From positions 51,293,941-51,357,940 of the forward strand of contig NC_057718.1 in NCBI RefSeq assembly GCF_004010195.1: a DNA stretch of 64,000 bases, read 5' to 3'. This document shows positions 1-12,989 of the stretch, piece by piece; position 1 is the stretch's first letter; every line of letters starts with the position of its first letter. Under the pieces are notes generated by a model that worked only from the letters and a program-made list of their open reading frames with translations, did no database searches and was not told where the DNA came from. This DNA is from Chiloscyllium plagiosum (taxonomy: Eukaryota). Made by a program: the position numbers and the translations under genes.

Positions 1-49
1 CATGTGCAACTCTCATTTATTATTTCGACAAAGATGACCAGTCTGCCAA

Positions 50-410
50 AAACCCTATCATAACCGGACATTTAGAAAACAATGAACTGTTTGGGAAGAG
101 TCAACGGGGAAGTCATGCTCACCAACTTGTTAAGCATTTCAGTGGACATAACAATGTAAATAAGGGGTAACAAGTAGACGTGGTTTATTTAGATTTTCAA
201 AACACTTTTAATGAGTCTACGTAAGTGGTTGCTGAATAGAATTAGACTACACAAGTTAGACGCTAAATATCTCGATATTGACTAAGGAATGATGAACAAG
301 AAGACAGCAGAGAATTCTTGGGTTGGCAGGCTGTGGCTAGTAGGGAATCACAAGATTAAGTATTTGGGCCCCCAGCTGTTCATAATCTATATCAATAATA
401 AAGCCTTTAA
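50..410 (+). mobile_element. Old CR1 LINE fragment (RT region), heavily decayed
   Basis: gaagtcatgctcaccaacttg...gtagacgtggtttatttagattttcaaaa resembles the CR1 RT motifs KSCLTNL and VDVVYLDF; ttgggcccccagctgttcataatctatatcaat reads LGPQLFIIYIN. Confidence 0.8.
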
Positions 411-1544
411 CTGGATACAGCTTTATGAATCATGTACCCAGCAGATTATTGAAAACAAAGGATCACTCAAAGGTATAATGTTGGGTGTTTTGAGAGGAAG
501 AGAGCAAATCTTAAAGTCAAGTATATAAAATTGATACTTCAGAGAGGGCCCTGTGTGATATAATTGGAAGAACTGTTGTCCTTAAGGCAATTATGTGCAT
601 ACTTTGAATCTTGACAGCATGACACACTAAAAAACAACAACATGAAGGATACACTTGTTTAAAGATTATGAAAAGTTCTGAAAATCTTGGTATTTGAAAT
701 AAATCCCATTCTCAGAGGTTTCCACCTGAAATATCAGCTTACTCTTCCTTTTTTTTGGGTGCTAACAAAGTCTGCTGTATATTTCTAAGAGTGTAGATAG
801 AGATAATCCAGAACAGAATGCTGTGAAATGTTTCTGATATTTATTGAAGAGACTCTCTGATTCATCACCAATTGCAATTTCACCAATGTGGTGAAATTCT
901 CCTATGAAACTTGCATTTGGTGCAGATGGCCAAAGTGGAATAGCTTAACTCAAATGTGTCAGATTTTATTTATTCTTATGCATGATTGTAAACTCCTTCT
1001 TATTGTAAGAAAAGTATTTTAAGTACGATTTAACAGTTTTTAAAAAAATATTTCCTAACCTATCTTATTAAAATGGGTCATTGATTAGAAGCCATTAGAG
1101 AAATATTAATGATCCAAAAAGGGGCCCGATAGGCAGCCAGTCACAAAGCTTTCATGAGGATGAATTCTCAGGGACTTTCTGTCCTGTTCTCCAGTTTAAC
1201 ATGCAGTTTAGCGTAATTGATTAGAGTACTTGCTGTTGTCTTACAAGACAACATTTTAAACCTTGGCCGACATGACAATTTGACAATAGACCATTGCTTG
1301 ATTATACGCATCCATTTGCTTTATTCTAAAATGACCAGTTTTAGTTTAAACACATTTAATGTTTTCTTTTGCTGCCTTCTGAATTTGCAGAAACCCTGAT
1401 TAGATTACATAATAGAAGCAATAGCTAAGTTAGAGTTATGGGGGTTTTACCTTTTCTTCATGTTCTTATTACAAACTACATGCATACAATCCAAACCTAT
1501 AAAAAAGATCTCTCCCAAGTTAATGAAACTGAATACTCATGTAT

Positions 1545-2335
1545 TTTATTTATTCTCTTATGGAATGTGGACATTGCTGGCTCGGCTAGCATTTATTGCC
1601 CATCTCTGACTGTCCAGATGGCAGTTAATAGTCAACCACATTGCTGCGGACCTGGAGTGAAATGTCGGCCAGACTAGGTTTAAAAAAATGACAGATTTTC
1701 TTCCCAAAAGGACACTGGTGAACCCGATGAGTTTTTGTAACAATCAACAGTATAGGTAATTCTCCTAAAACGCATGTTTCTCAAATGCGATTTGGCTGTA
1801 ACACGATTTGTGAATTGTGGACTTTTTTTAATAAAGTGAACTCTCGTTCACTGTTACACAATTCCCATCCCAGGCACTAGGTGTCATGGTGCACGGAGAA
1901 CTGGACTCCGCATCAGCATCACATGGTCGGTCAGCTCACATGCTTACTGGTGAAGTGCTTCGTGAATTGTACAATGCTGTAGTTATTGATTTTAGTGTTA
2001 AAGTGTTAAATTTACTGTATTATGTCTTTTAAAATATGATTTAAAGACTTATTATCATTTATGTTAGGCTAACTACTACTTTGTTTTGATTTTCACAAGT
2101 ATTTTTGGTGGTTTGCCCCAATCCTGTTTTTCCCATAGGCCCCATTATTTCTAATGTGTATTCACGTTGTAGGAGAACCACCTGTAGCTAAATGTTTGCC
2201 ATTAAAGCCAACATCTTTTATTCCAGATTTTTATTGAATTCAGATTTCACCATCTGCCAAGTCAAGAGTTGAACTCATGTCCCCAGAAAATTAACCTGGA
2301 GCACTGAATTAACAAGTGGCGTTACCATCTCCCCA
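1545..2335 (-). mobile_element. tRNA-derived shark SINE (DeuSINE/SacSINE1-like, name inferred), split by a MITE
   Basis: 1545-1750 and 2190-2335 are colinear with the copy at 17090-17287 (cagatt...aagga...tgaa..gatg...acaatc; ttccagatttttattgaattc; ccatctccc). Confidence 0.65.
1753..2184. mobile_element. Non-autonomous Tc1/mariner (Tigger/pogo-like) MITE
   Basis: Imperfect TIRs taggtaattctcctaaaacg and cgttgtaggagaaccacctg; TA on both flanks (1751-1752, 2185-2186); interrupts a SINE. Confidence 0.8.
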
Positions 2336-3152
2336 AAGTAGTAAGAACTAAAAGTTAAAGAAAATAGAGTAAAAATAAAAGAAACCCTTGTATTTTGTGA
2401 GCTGGTATTTAATTTTAGAGGAAGATAGCAGTTGCCAATTTTCTTTTGCAGAAGCAAGTATTTGATTGTCTTTGTAGGAAAAAGATGAGAGGAATTGCAT
2501 AAATATCTGTTCCATTCTGCATCTGATAAAAAGACATTTCACCCTGCTACTCAGATATCAAAAATTATAGTAAACCTTGAGACACTTTACTACATTAAGG
2601 ATTCTACATAAATGCAAGTTTTGTTTTCAGACATAATCAATTTCCATGACCTTTATGAACACAAAATAAACTGGACAGAAAGATATTATGGATAATTTAT
2701 TCGACTGTGAAGCCAAACATTGCATTGGGATTTCTCCTGTTCAGATCTCACCACAAAGTACAAGCTCTTTCATGGCACGCAGCCTAAGATCTCTACAGAC
2801 CTATCGTTGTCTCATCTCTAGCCAATAGCCCTTCCTCTGAACCAATAAATGTTTTTTAAATGTCTTGTTGGTGGTCTAACTTGCCTCATTAATATTCAGT
2901 TTTCTATCTTACCAAATACGCCAAACAAGCTAGACATTAAGAAATATCGACAAGGAAATCAGAGCAGATATCTGGCAATTCAACTTGCCACTCACTTCAA
3001 AAGACCTCCATGTTTGACACCAGGCATCAATATCATAGGACACACTCCAAGGACACTAGTCGCATGTAACCCACATCCACGAAAATTGCCATCCAACATG
3101 TGGCAGCCACTGATGGCACATCTTAGATCTGCTTGCAATATGCTTATATAAT

Positions 3153-3950
3153 GATAGAGTCATATAGTCACCCACAGCATGGAAACAGATGTTTTGGTCC
3201 ATTTTATCTGCGCCAACCAGACATCCCAATCTGACCTGGACCCATTTGTCAGCACTTCACCCATATTCCTCTATCCCCTTCATATTCACGCACCCAACCA
3301 CATGTCTTTTAAATGTTGTAATTGTCCTTGTCTGCATTACCTCCACAGCTCATTCCATAAACACAACATCCTCTGCATGAAAAAGTTACCCCTCAGGTCA
3401 TTTTTAAATCTTTCCCCTCTCACCTTAAAATTATGTCCTCTAGTTTTGGACTCGACCAACCTAGGAAAAATACCTTGGCTATTCACTCTATCCATGCCCC
3501 TCATGATTTTATAACCTCCACAAGGTCACCGCTCCATCTCAAATGCTCCCAGAGAAAAAAGCCTCACCCTATTCAGCCTCTCCCTCGAGCTCAAACCTCC
3601 TGTTCCAGCAATATCCTTGTAAATATTTTCTGTACTCTCTCAAGTTACAACATTCTTCCTATAGAAGAACAACTTGAATTGTATGCAGTATTTTAAAAGT
3701 GGCCTCAACAATGTCCTGTACAGCTGCAACATGGCATCCCAACTCCTGTACTCAGTGTTATGATCAATGAAGGAGAAAATGAGGACTGCAGATGCTGGAG
3801 ATCAGAGTTGAAAAGTGTGGTGCTGGAAAAACACAGCAGGTCAGGCAATATCCAAGGAACAGAAGAATTGACGCATTACAATCAATGAAGGCAAGCATGC
3901 CAAATGCTTTCTTCACCACCCCGTCTATCTGCAACTCCATTTTCAAGGAT
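3153..3950 (-). mobile_element. CR1 LINE 3' end (ORF2 C-terminus and 3' UTR)
   Basis: Reverse-strand match to the young CR1 copies at 53.4 and 60.3 kb (VVKKAFGMLAFI); tail atagagtcata. Confidence 0.9.
3774..3880 (-). mobile_element. Short Penelope-derived element inserted in CR1, 11-bp TSD
   Basis: atcaatgaagg duplicated at 3763-3773 and 3881-3891; body shared with copies at 19918, 41030 and 47387. Confidence 0.8.
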
Positions 3951-4314
3951 GAGTGCTGCACTACAGGCTGCATGAGCAATTATTGTAGTATTGTTACTGT
4001 AAGGACACTCTGCTCTCTGAGACATACACCCAGCTCATGGTTGGACCAGGCTGCAATTGCAGGCTCATTGCGCTGACTCAATCTTAGCCGACCTGAATGC
4101 TCACAGCATTCCTGCCTTGTTTTGCATTTGTGCACTTCTCCCCTTCAGCCATATTACTTCTGTCTTGCTGCAAAGTTTGGTGCAGACACAAAGCCCCAAA
4201 GTTGTCAGCAAGTCAAGGGAAATAGCCTTCAGTCAGAGGCTCCAAGCACAGTAAGTCAAGGGCAGCTTCCAATACTATCCCAGTGGCTTGGACATGGTCA
4301 ATGAGTGGTTGATT

Positions 4315-4875
4315 TCAGAATGGTCTTTGTGAAGCTAAATAATCTACTATCTTGATTCTTTCTGATCTGCTGTGACCTGCTTTCCCACTGGAATGAGAGA
4401 CGCAAATATCATAGGAGATGAAAGTAGGTGGCACAGTCGTTACTTCTCGTTCAAGTGTAGAGGTGACTGGAGTGAGTGGGTAGGCAACAAAAAGGGCTTG
4501 TAAGGTTAAGGCTATTGGGGATTGGGATGGGTTATTGCAAATAAGGAAAGATACTGCAGGCAATGGTGAGAGAGATGGAGCATGTGCCTTGGTGGGAGTT
4601 GAGTACAGTAGCAGAGAAGGAGTGAGTCTGAGCTATCAGAGAAAAATGATGGCACTTACCCTGGTGGAGTGGTGAATGTTATTTCATGTCATTGTTCCTA
4701 CAGCACTGGGCATTCCTCCAGAGGGTTGAGACTGCACTAACCCTGGGTGGCAATCTTGGACCATAATGTATTGTTGTGGCCTCCATAGCTGGCCTGGGAA
4801 AAGTACATCCAACCTGTGCAACACACCATCTAGCAGGAACTCCCAGTCCCTGCCTGCAAAGCAATCTGTCATTAT
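4315..4875 (-). pseudogene. Myb/SANT-like DNA-binding gene fossil (Harbinger accessory gene) with an intron
   Basis: Frameshifted FAGRDWEFLLDGVLHRLDVLFP...RVSAVSTLWRNAQCCR; GTAAGT donor at 4659; ttccag acceptor at 4388; then KAGHSRSER; homologous to 16530-17050. Confidence 0.7.
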
Positions 4876-5870
4876 TGCTTGTCTGCTATGTTTTGAGCAT
4901 GTCAGGAACTGTGCAGGCCACCTCTGGCTTTTATTTTGTTTCATTTATACTTTATTTTCTTTCCAATTTCACAGGAAATGCATTCAGGTGAAATGCAATT
5001 TTAAATTCAGCTTCTAAAATTGTGTTTTAGTGTTATATGTGGTCAGGTATGATATCAAATCCTGTGGTTAGCCAATTGCCTTTGACATGGTACACTTACA
5101 TTACAATCTACCATCATCTACTGGAAGTTTTGTAATGTAGGATTAGAGCTTGACTCAGTAGAACACGAAATTTTATTGCTAACAATAGAGATAAGGAGGA
5201 TTACTTGTTCATGTAACATACATTTCAAATTTTATGTTCTTATTTGATTTACATAGCAATTAATATTTCTTGTTTTGCTAATTTCCCAACAATAAGCCCC
5301 TGTGTCTACTCCAAGAAGCAATGAAGATTTTTTTTAAAAAAAGATAGTGTCTTGAAAATATAATTGTTCAGTTCAAGGGAGTCTCTACAACCTTCAATTA
5401 AATCCTGCATTGCTTATCAGAAGGAGAAAGTAGATAAATTGAAAGAAAATCATTTTCCATTAGAATGTAATTTTCAAACCTAATTAGCTGCACTCAAATT
5501 ACTAGCAAGTTAAATAAAACTGAAGACAAATGGTCTGCACATATTATTGAAATATAGCAAAAATACTGACAGTAGTATTTATTTTATTTTATAAAATTTC
5601 CAACTAGTCATCTGTTGCTTCAGTTAGCTGATCAACCCTGGCTTTGCATCACTGGCTCATGCAAGAGACCATACTGTGTAAAAAATGAACATGTTACATC
5701 TGAAATGTTACTGCCTTGTAAAATAATTGTGTTCATTTTGTCAAATCCAGTTTAACCAGTAAATTGAGGTAGAAAGGTAATAAATTACAGATTTGATGAT
5801 CTGTTCGAATAAAATAATAAAATGGCTCGGTGGTTCAGAACTTGAATATTGCTGAAAAGTGTGACATGCT

Positions 5871-5902
5871 GCTTAAGCTTTTCATCTTGTACTCATCAGG
5901 AC
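5871..5902 (-). ncRNA. Degenerate minimal hammerhead ribozyme-like motif (AAGCUU type)
   Basis: Minus strand reads gtc CTGATGA gt-acaag-at GAAA agct TA agc; core intact, stem I does not pair. Confidence 0.5.
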
Positions 5903-6129
5903 AAATGTGTGGATGTCAAATTTTAAACAATCACATCGACAGGATATATAAGGGCCCACTGAGTAACAAGTCAAGTCGACTCTGATTGGCAGAGGCATTG
6001 CCGTAGAGAAAGCAATGAGGAACTATGGATTCCCCAAGCTTCGAGTAAACTTCATGGAGTATTATAATGAAGGGCTTTATTAACCAGTATATCAGCTGAC
6101 ATGGTGATAATGTGAGGAGCAGCAAGAAA

Positions 6130-8582
6130 CAAGCATTCCTAGGTTAGTATTCAGGAGAATCTTGTACTCGCCTGTATCCACTTTAACAAGGAAGAAGCAA
6201 CTGCCAGACCCATTTCTTGGCAATGAGGTGGGCCAAGCAGATCATGTGACCCTTGTAAAAGACAGCAATCATTATATTAAAAGCTTTCAGTTGATGGTAG
6301 TAAATGACACTGGGCAATCCAGACTAAGAGTAATCAAATGGCAGAGAGTGAATTTCAGTGAGTCAAGAACGGAGCTGGGCAGAATAGATTGGAATCAAAG
6401 GTGGTTAGGAAAACTGTATCTGAACAAAAGGCTAATCCACGGAAGAGATAGTTTAAGCACAATCAAAGTGTGTATCTTCAAAAGGGGAAGGGAGGACAAA
6501 CAAATCTAGTGCTCCCTGCATTACAAAGGATATATAAATTAAGTTAAAGAAGACAATGTGTGCTGATGCCAGTGTCAAGTAGCAAATACAATTGAGAGCC
6601 ATGCTGAATACAGTAGGTTCAGAAGGGAGGTGATAAAACAAACAGAAGAATTACAGAGGGATTATGATAAAACAAGACAGGTAGCTAACATTAAGGGAAA
6701 TTTCAAGGTCTTCCACTGTATATTAAAATAAAAGGGTGGTTAAAGGAGGAGTACGCCCAATTAGGAATCAGAAAGGGGAATTTCAAACAGAGGCAAGAGG
6801 CACAGATGAGATATTAAGTGAATACTTTTCTTTACCTATGAGGCAGAAACTGCCCAGGTCATAGTGATAGAGGAGTAAATTGTATCACGAGAAGAGTTCA
6901 AACTTTACAAGGAGGTATTGAATAACCTGTCAGTGCTTAAAGTTCATCAGACATTAGATTTTGATGAGATGAATCTATCGATATATCAAAAAGTAAAAAT
7001 CGCAAAGCAAGTGGGAATTATATTTTAATCTTCCTGGATTCAGGAATGGTACTAAAGGATTAAGAATTGTGGACATGACACTCTTTTTCAAAAAAAAGTT
7101 ATAAAGATCAGTCCAACAGCTACAAACAAAACAGCTTAACTTCAGTGCTGGGAATATTCCAAAAACAATTATTCAAGATAGAATTAATAATCACATGAAC
7201 AAAATGTGAATTGATTTGAAAAAGTTAACATGGATTTGTTAAGGTAAATTTGCATCTAACCGACTTGCTGGAGATTTTGATGAGGGAACAGAGAGACTTT
7301 ATAAGGAGAAATCTGTAAATGGACTTCCAAAATGCATTTGAGATAGTGCTACACAACAGAAAAGAGCGAAAAGTTACAGATCATGGAAGAAAAGGGACAG
7401 CAGTATCATAGATATAAAATTGGCCATGCAGACACAGAAAGGGATAGGAAACAGACTGTGATGGTTAAAACAAAAATACTGCAGATGTAGCAAATCTGAA
7501 ACTCAACACATCTGGCAACATCTGTGGAGAGAGAAACAGAGTCAACATTTCAAGTCAAGTTCAAATTTTCTTCAGAAATAAAGAAGTGGTTGATGGACAT
7601 TTTTCAGGCTGGAAGAAGATTTGTAATGGGGTTCACCAGGGTAGGTATTTGGACCTTTGCTGTTCCTGATTTATATAAATGATCTACAATGTGACAATGT
7701 ACTACAATGGGGCAATTTCAAAGTTTGCAAATGACACAAATTTGGGAGAATTGTAAACTGTGATGAGGGCAATGTGGAACTTTAAAAGAACATTGTGACA
7801 TTGTTGGAGCAGATGGATTTGTAGCAGATGATGCTCAATGTGGAGAATTGTAAAGTGATGCACTTTGGGAAAAAGAACATGTAGAGATAACATAAAGTAA
7901 AGGTTACTATTCTAAAAGATGTGCAGAAGCAGAGAGACTTCAGTGGATATGTACATAATTTATTAAAGATGGCAGAACAGGTGAGAGAGAATCATTAAGT
8001 AAGTACATATTAATGGTGACATCACAAATAAGGCCAACAAGTACAAGAACAGGGAGATTATCAACATATAAATAACTTGTTAGAAATCAGCTGAGTATTG
8101 TGTATAGTTCTGGGCGCTACACTGTAGAAATGATCTGAATGTATTGGAACAAGTGCAGAGGAGGTTTACAAAAATAGTTCTGGGGATGAGCCACTTCAGT
8201 CAGGTGGAAAAATTGCAGAAGTTGGACTGTTTTCTTTTTTAGTGATGAAATAGCCAAGAAGAAATTTGTTTGAAGATTATGGATAGGGAGAAACTGTTCC
8301 CACTAATAAATGGATCAAGATCCAGAGGGCACAATTTTCAAGCATTTTGCAAAAGATACAAATATCTTTTGCAAAACCTTTTTCATACCGTGGGTAGTTA
8401 GGGAATGGAATCCACTGTCTGGAAGTATTATGGAGCAGATTCAATTGAGGCATTCACAAGGACATTGAATATCTATTAAAATAAAACACTATGCATGATT
8501 ATTGGGAAATGAATGAACATTGACACAAAGTTAAAATGTTCAGAGAGACAATGTACTCATAATGGGCTGAATGGCGTCCTTT
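6130..8582 (+). mobile_element. Old long CR1 LINE (most of ORF2 to 3' end), many stops and frameshifts
   Basis: Decayed motifs DPFLGNEVGQ, HGFVKV, NGVHQG, SKFANDTNLG, KVMHFGKKN, YCV*FWA; 3' UTR atgggctgaatggcgtcct. Confidence 0.85.
7467..7578 (-). mobile_element. Old short Penelope-derived element nested in CR1
   Basis: aaatactgcagatg...catctgtggagagagaaacagagtcaacatttc...tcttcagaa, same family as 35600 and 56513. Confidence 0.6.
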
Positions 8583-8729
8583 GGAAAGAGGAGGACCGAT
8601 ATAAGAATATATGTCATTTCTAACAAATCTAAGTAAGCCACATTTTGGGCTTGATTGATTATTTTAAATTAGTTGTTAGTACAGCTGCTGGCACAATCTG
8701 GATTGTTTATCACAGAATCACGTCATGAA

Positions 8730-9300
8730 CATCTGGGGACATTTGTGAAATTTGACAGCACTCTCTCGCACACAACTCAAGCAACAGCCTGAAATATTCA
8801 TATTTATTAAAGTAATACCTTACAACTAATATCCCAGGATCCTTCACCATGATTGCTGGATATGTCCTGTCCCATGGACAGAACAGACCCACCAGAACTG
8901 AGAGGCCTCAAAGTTAGATTTCAGGGCATGAATTCTAATGGTGTCAAGACACACATGGGCTAGTAAACCTTCTGCTAGTTACAACCTATCATCCCCTACA
9001 ACTGGTTAATCAGTACTCTTCCATGTTGAACACAGCTGAGAGTTGAAAAGACACAGAAAACACCATGTTGCCGGATCTCCAACACCCATCATTTCAGGAA
9101 CACCACTACAGATCCGAGCTAATTGAGTTCTGAAGAAGTGCCATAAAGTGGCTGCACAAGTGGTAAGTAAATCAACAAAGTGAAAAGCCTGTGCAGTATT
9201 CTTTCCAAGATGTACCTGTCCATGAAAATATTGGTAGCTGTGACCACTGCACAATTCTTATGGATGTGAAAACCATACTACAGCCACATTACCACCTTCT
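8730..9300 (+). mobile_element. Decayed LINE endonuclease (APE) region, CR1/L2 group
   Basis: YLTTNIPGSFTMIAGYVLSHGQNRPTR, then NLLLVTTYHP and SVLFHVEH; ends at ENIGSCDHCTI (SDH-like motif). Confidence 0.65.
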
Positions 9301-11983
9301 CAAGGTAGTTAGGATGGGGAATAAATGTCAGTCCTGGTCAGCAATGCTTACATTCCAAGAAAGAATTTATTTTAAATATTGCTGCTCCTTAAGATTCTAC
9401 ATAAAACCTGGATTCATGACTGTGATCTTAATGACCATCATTTATTATATTAATTGTTATATTATTTGAGTTCCAACTGCATTCATTAAATGAGAATTTA
9501 AAATGTAACATTGTGCAATTCACATAATCGATCTATATAAGTGCATATTTATACTTTTATTTTTAGAGTTGCAGCTTAATCAGATATATTTTATGTCTGC
9601 TGTTAAATGGCTCTGCCACATGGAGAATTAAAGATTTTTTAAGTTGTTACATTCATACCCATAAAATAAATTGGGTTTTATTAGAAATATTAATACTATA
9701 GATTAAAAGCATTTTTTATTAAAAAAGATAATAGTGAAATGTACAGATAATGTCTAGAATATGAAATAGCCCTTTGATGTTGGTGCTTTTAGATGTTTTG
9801 TTACAACTGGTTTCTGATTTTATTTCAGATTTCATGCATTGGCTTTTATTATTTTTATAGCTAAATGTACATTATTTTGCAAAAACTAATTCTTTTCATG
9901 ACTAATTTAAAAAGGCCTATTTTCTACTATACTGTCAATTTTTTTTCTGAATAATACAGATTAGAAGTATTATAATATTTTCTCCATTCACCATCAATAT
10001 TCAGAATGGTTCTGATGAAAGTTTTTTGCTCCACAGATATTCCCGGATTACCGAATATTTCCTTAATTTTCTATTTTAGTTTAATCCAACTCAACCTATT
10101 TCTGTTAGCATCATGAATATTAAAAAAAATTGAAGTTTCTTTTATCCCTCTTTGACTTGGATTCTTAATTTAGCCTATGAAAAGAAACTCTAAGTTTCTG
10201 CATCACCTGATTTTCTTATAATGATCTATTTGGCTACCAATAATACCGTATCTTAAATTAACTGGACCACATGAAAAGGCATTCCTTCTTTCAACTGCAC
10301 TATGGAACCATGTGCTTGCTTTGGATCAATAAGCTTGTAATTTATAACAGTTCAGAAAGAATTTTAATGAAATTCCCAAAGTTAAATGTCATGGAGGGCA
10401 TTTTGTTATTCTTTTCTATTTTGTCAGTAACGGTCTGTTGAGGAGAATGCCAAACAGTCAAAATGCATTTAATCAAAGAGAATGTATTACAACATTAGGT
10501 AAGCATATTTGAACTATAATGTACAGGAAACCTCACAGTGGAAGGGTGCCACAGAATCCTTTGTAATTTGTAAACTGAAATGGACGCTAAGTTTACCTTA
10601 TCATTAGAAGGATAATAGACATTAAGAAAAATGAACATTTTGACTAAAGATTGTAGGATATTTTTTGGTGCTACATTTCTGAGTTTAAATATAGGTTACC
10701 TTTATAAATTTCTGGAAGGCATATTATAAAACTGGCTTCTACTCTTATGACTTTGAGTAATGAATATTAAAAGATAAAATGCAATCCAAAACTGTACATT
10801 ATTAATAATCATTAACCAAGTTATTCATGAATACATCTAAATAAGTCAGTCTTGATATATACAGCAACTGTCAATAATTTTGTGAATAGTCCAAACATAT
10901 GTTTGCCACTCTGTCAACTCAAAGCAGTTTGTCCTTCAGTTGTCATTATTCCTTTCTGCAAATCATAATGATGCATAGTAACTATCACTAACAATGAAGC
11001 AGATTTTGAAGTGGAGAAATATAAACAGACAACGCACTCTCTCATATCCTTTAAAGGACATATCATTTTATAATATGAAGATGTAAAGCATATATCTGCC
11101 AATCTGCCAATCTGAGGCAGGTGTACCTTAAACCATTTTCATTATAATTTCAATACCTTGGTACAGTGAAGAGCATCACTACTCTAAATTGCAAATCACA
11201 ATCATGCATAGTTAACTTATTAACCTTGAAATAGACTTTGAACTGGAGAAATAAGAATTAAATATCAACATTCAGAAAATTAGGTAAATCTGAACTTCAT
11301 TGCAATTTGCATATTTTGCACAATACTTTTGTTTGCCAAGTAATAAAATGTAGTACTTGTGAACATAGAGGTCTCGATTCTCTATTGACAGTTACTGTAA
11401 CACCAGTGCTCACTTGCACACAAGAAAATCTGTTAATCATGAGAAGGATGTATAAACTGTGATGTTCTGCCATTTTAATAAATAAAAAAAGTTGAAATTT
11501 AAGTATTAGCTGGGGGGGTCGGGGCACTCCTGAGAGTCAACCCCTGCCCTCGCTGCCAATCACCCTTACAGCCTTCTCCGTCTCACCTACCCTCTCCAAA
11601 GTAACTTTCTATGGTCTGGGACGTATCATTCTGAAGCTCTGGTGCCTGTTTTGCTGGTAACAACCTGTGGTATTGCTGAATACAAGATACCTGCCTACAA
11701 CTCTTGGCAAGTTGAACCTCTGCCCCAAGGTTCCAGAGGAAGGCCCACCACTGTTCTTGCCACTAACTGTTGCTTCAGTGTGCCTTCCTGAAAAGACGCA
11801 GAATTTTTCTTTGGCTTGGTCTTTAACCAGCAGATAAGAGTCCTAAAGCCTCAACAAAATTCCACCTCATACTTCAATGATCTATTCAATGTAAGTATGT
11901 GCCAGGTAACTAAAACATGGCCAAAGTAGCACCATCTAAAAAATACAGTTTTTACCAATTAAGGTAATTACTAACTAGTTATT

Positions 11984-12238
11984 TGATTAGGTTAGATTCG
12001 CCACAGTGTGAAAACAGGCCCTTCGGCCTAACAAGTCCACACCGCCTCTTTGAAGAGAAACCCACCCAAACCCATTCCCCTACCCTATATTTACCGCTGA
12101 CTAACACACCTAACACTGTGGGCAATTTAGCATGGCCAATTCACCTGACCTGCACATCTTTGGATTATGGGAGGAAACTGGAGCACCCAGAGGAAACCCA
12201 CGCAGACACAGGGAGAATGTGCAAACTCCACACAGACA
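11984..12238 (-). mobile_element. HE1-type SINE, 5'-truncated
   Basis: Reverse complement of the body and tail of 22798-23122; tRNA head absent. Confidence 0.9.
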
Positions 12239-12989
12239 GGCAGGAAAGCAGTATCTTAAAGCAGTGGCTGGAAAAAACTGGAAAATCTCTAAGAATGATA
12301 TACCAAGTACTAAATAAAGAGAACAATCAACATAGATTTCAAAAGGGATAATTGTTTTTGACAACGGCTGTGCAATTCTTTAAGGATATAACAAACACGA
12401 GGACAGATGAAATGGATGTTGTGTACAAGGGGTGTATAAAACTTTAAGAATATATAGTGTGCACAACATTTAATATCACACTTCTGAAAGCAAATCCAGA
12501 CTTTTGAGAAGGCACAAGACAGATTACCTGGGAATAGGAAATAAAATGACGAAAAATACACTTGAAATAATGAAGCTTTGTGTATTAGAAAAATGTAGGT
12601 TACGCATGGTAAAATAAAAGTGATTCAAAATCTGAAACTTTGGGGGAAGAGTTGAGAGAAGTAAACTGTGTTATTAAAGGGAAGAACCCACAGATACAAA
12701 TTAATTGTGAAGTGTGTATGCCAAGAAAGGACTTGAAAACTTGCAAAGTCCTGTGAGGGCTGTAGACTTACTATCCATTGTTCTTGGTTGAGGAAAGAAC
12801 ACTGTAAACATTAAAGATCAAAGTGCAAAGATGGAGGCAGGAAAAAGAATTGGGGTGAAATTTCCACTTGGGCAGTGGTACGTCATTTGGGAAAATGTGG
12901 TAAGTTCAGAAAAATTAGATTCTCGACACTGAGGAAATGCATCCCATTCTGCAATTTTGAAGGAATATTATTACTGAGCTTTGAGAAGT

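Noticed and set aside
876..898. 10-bp hairpin (similar ones at 14192-14214 and ~52323-52356)
   Set aside because: Expected by chance in AT-rich DNA
2849..3151. LATHFKRPPC, resembling a GIY-YIG C-terminus
   Set aside because: Too short and degenerate to support
11983..12364. Recurring peptides of the PEETHADTGRMCKLHT type
   Set aside because: Translations of HE1 SINE copies, not genes
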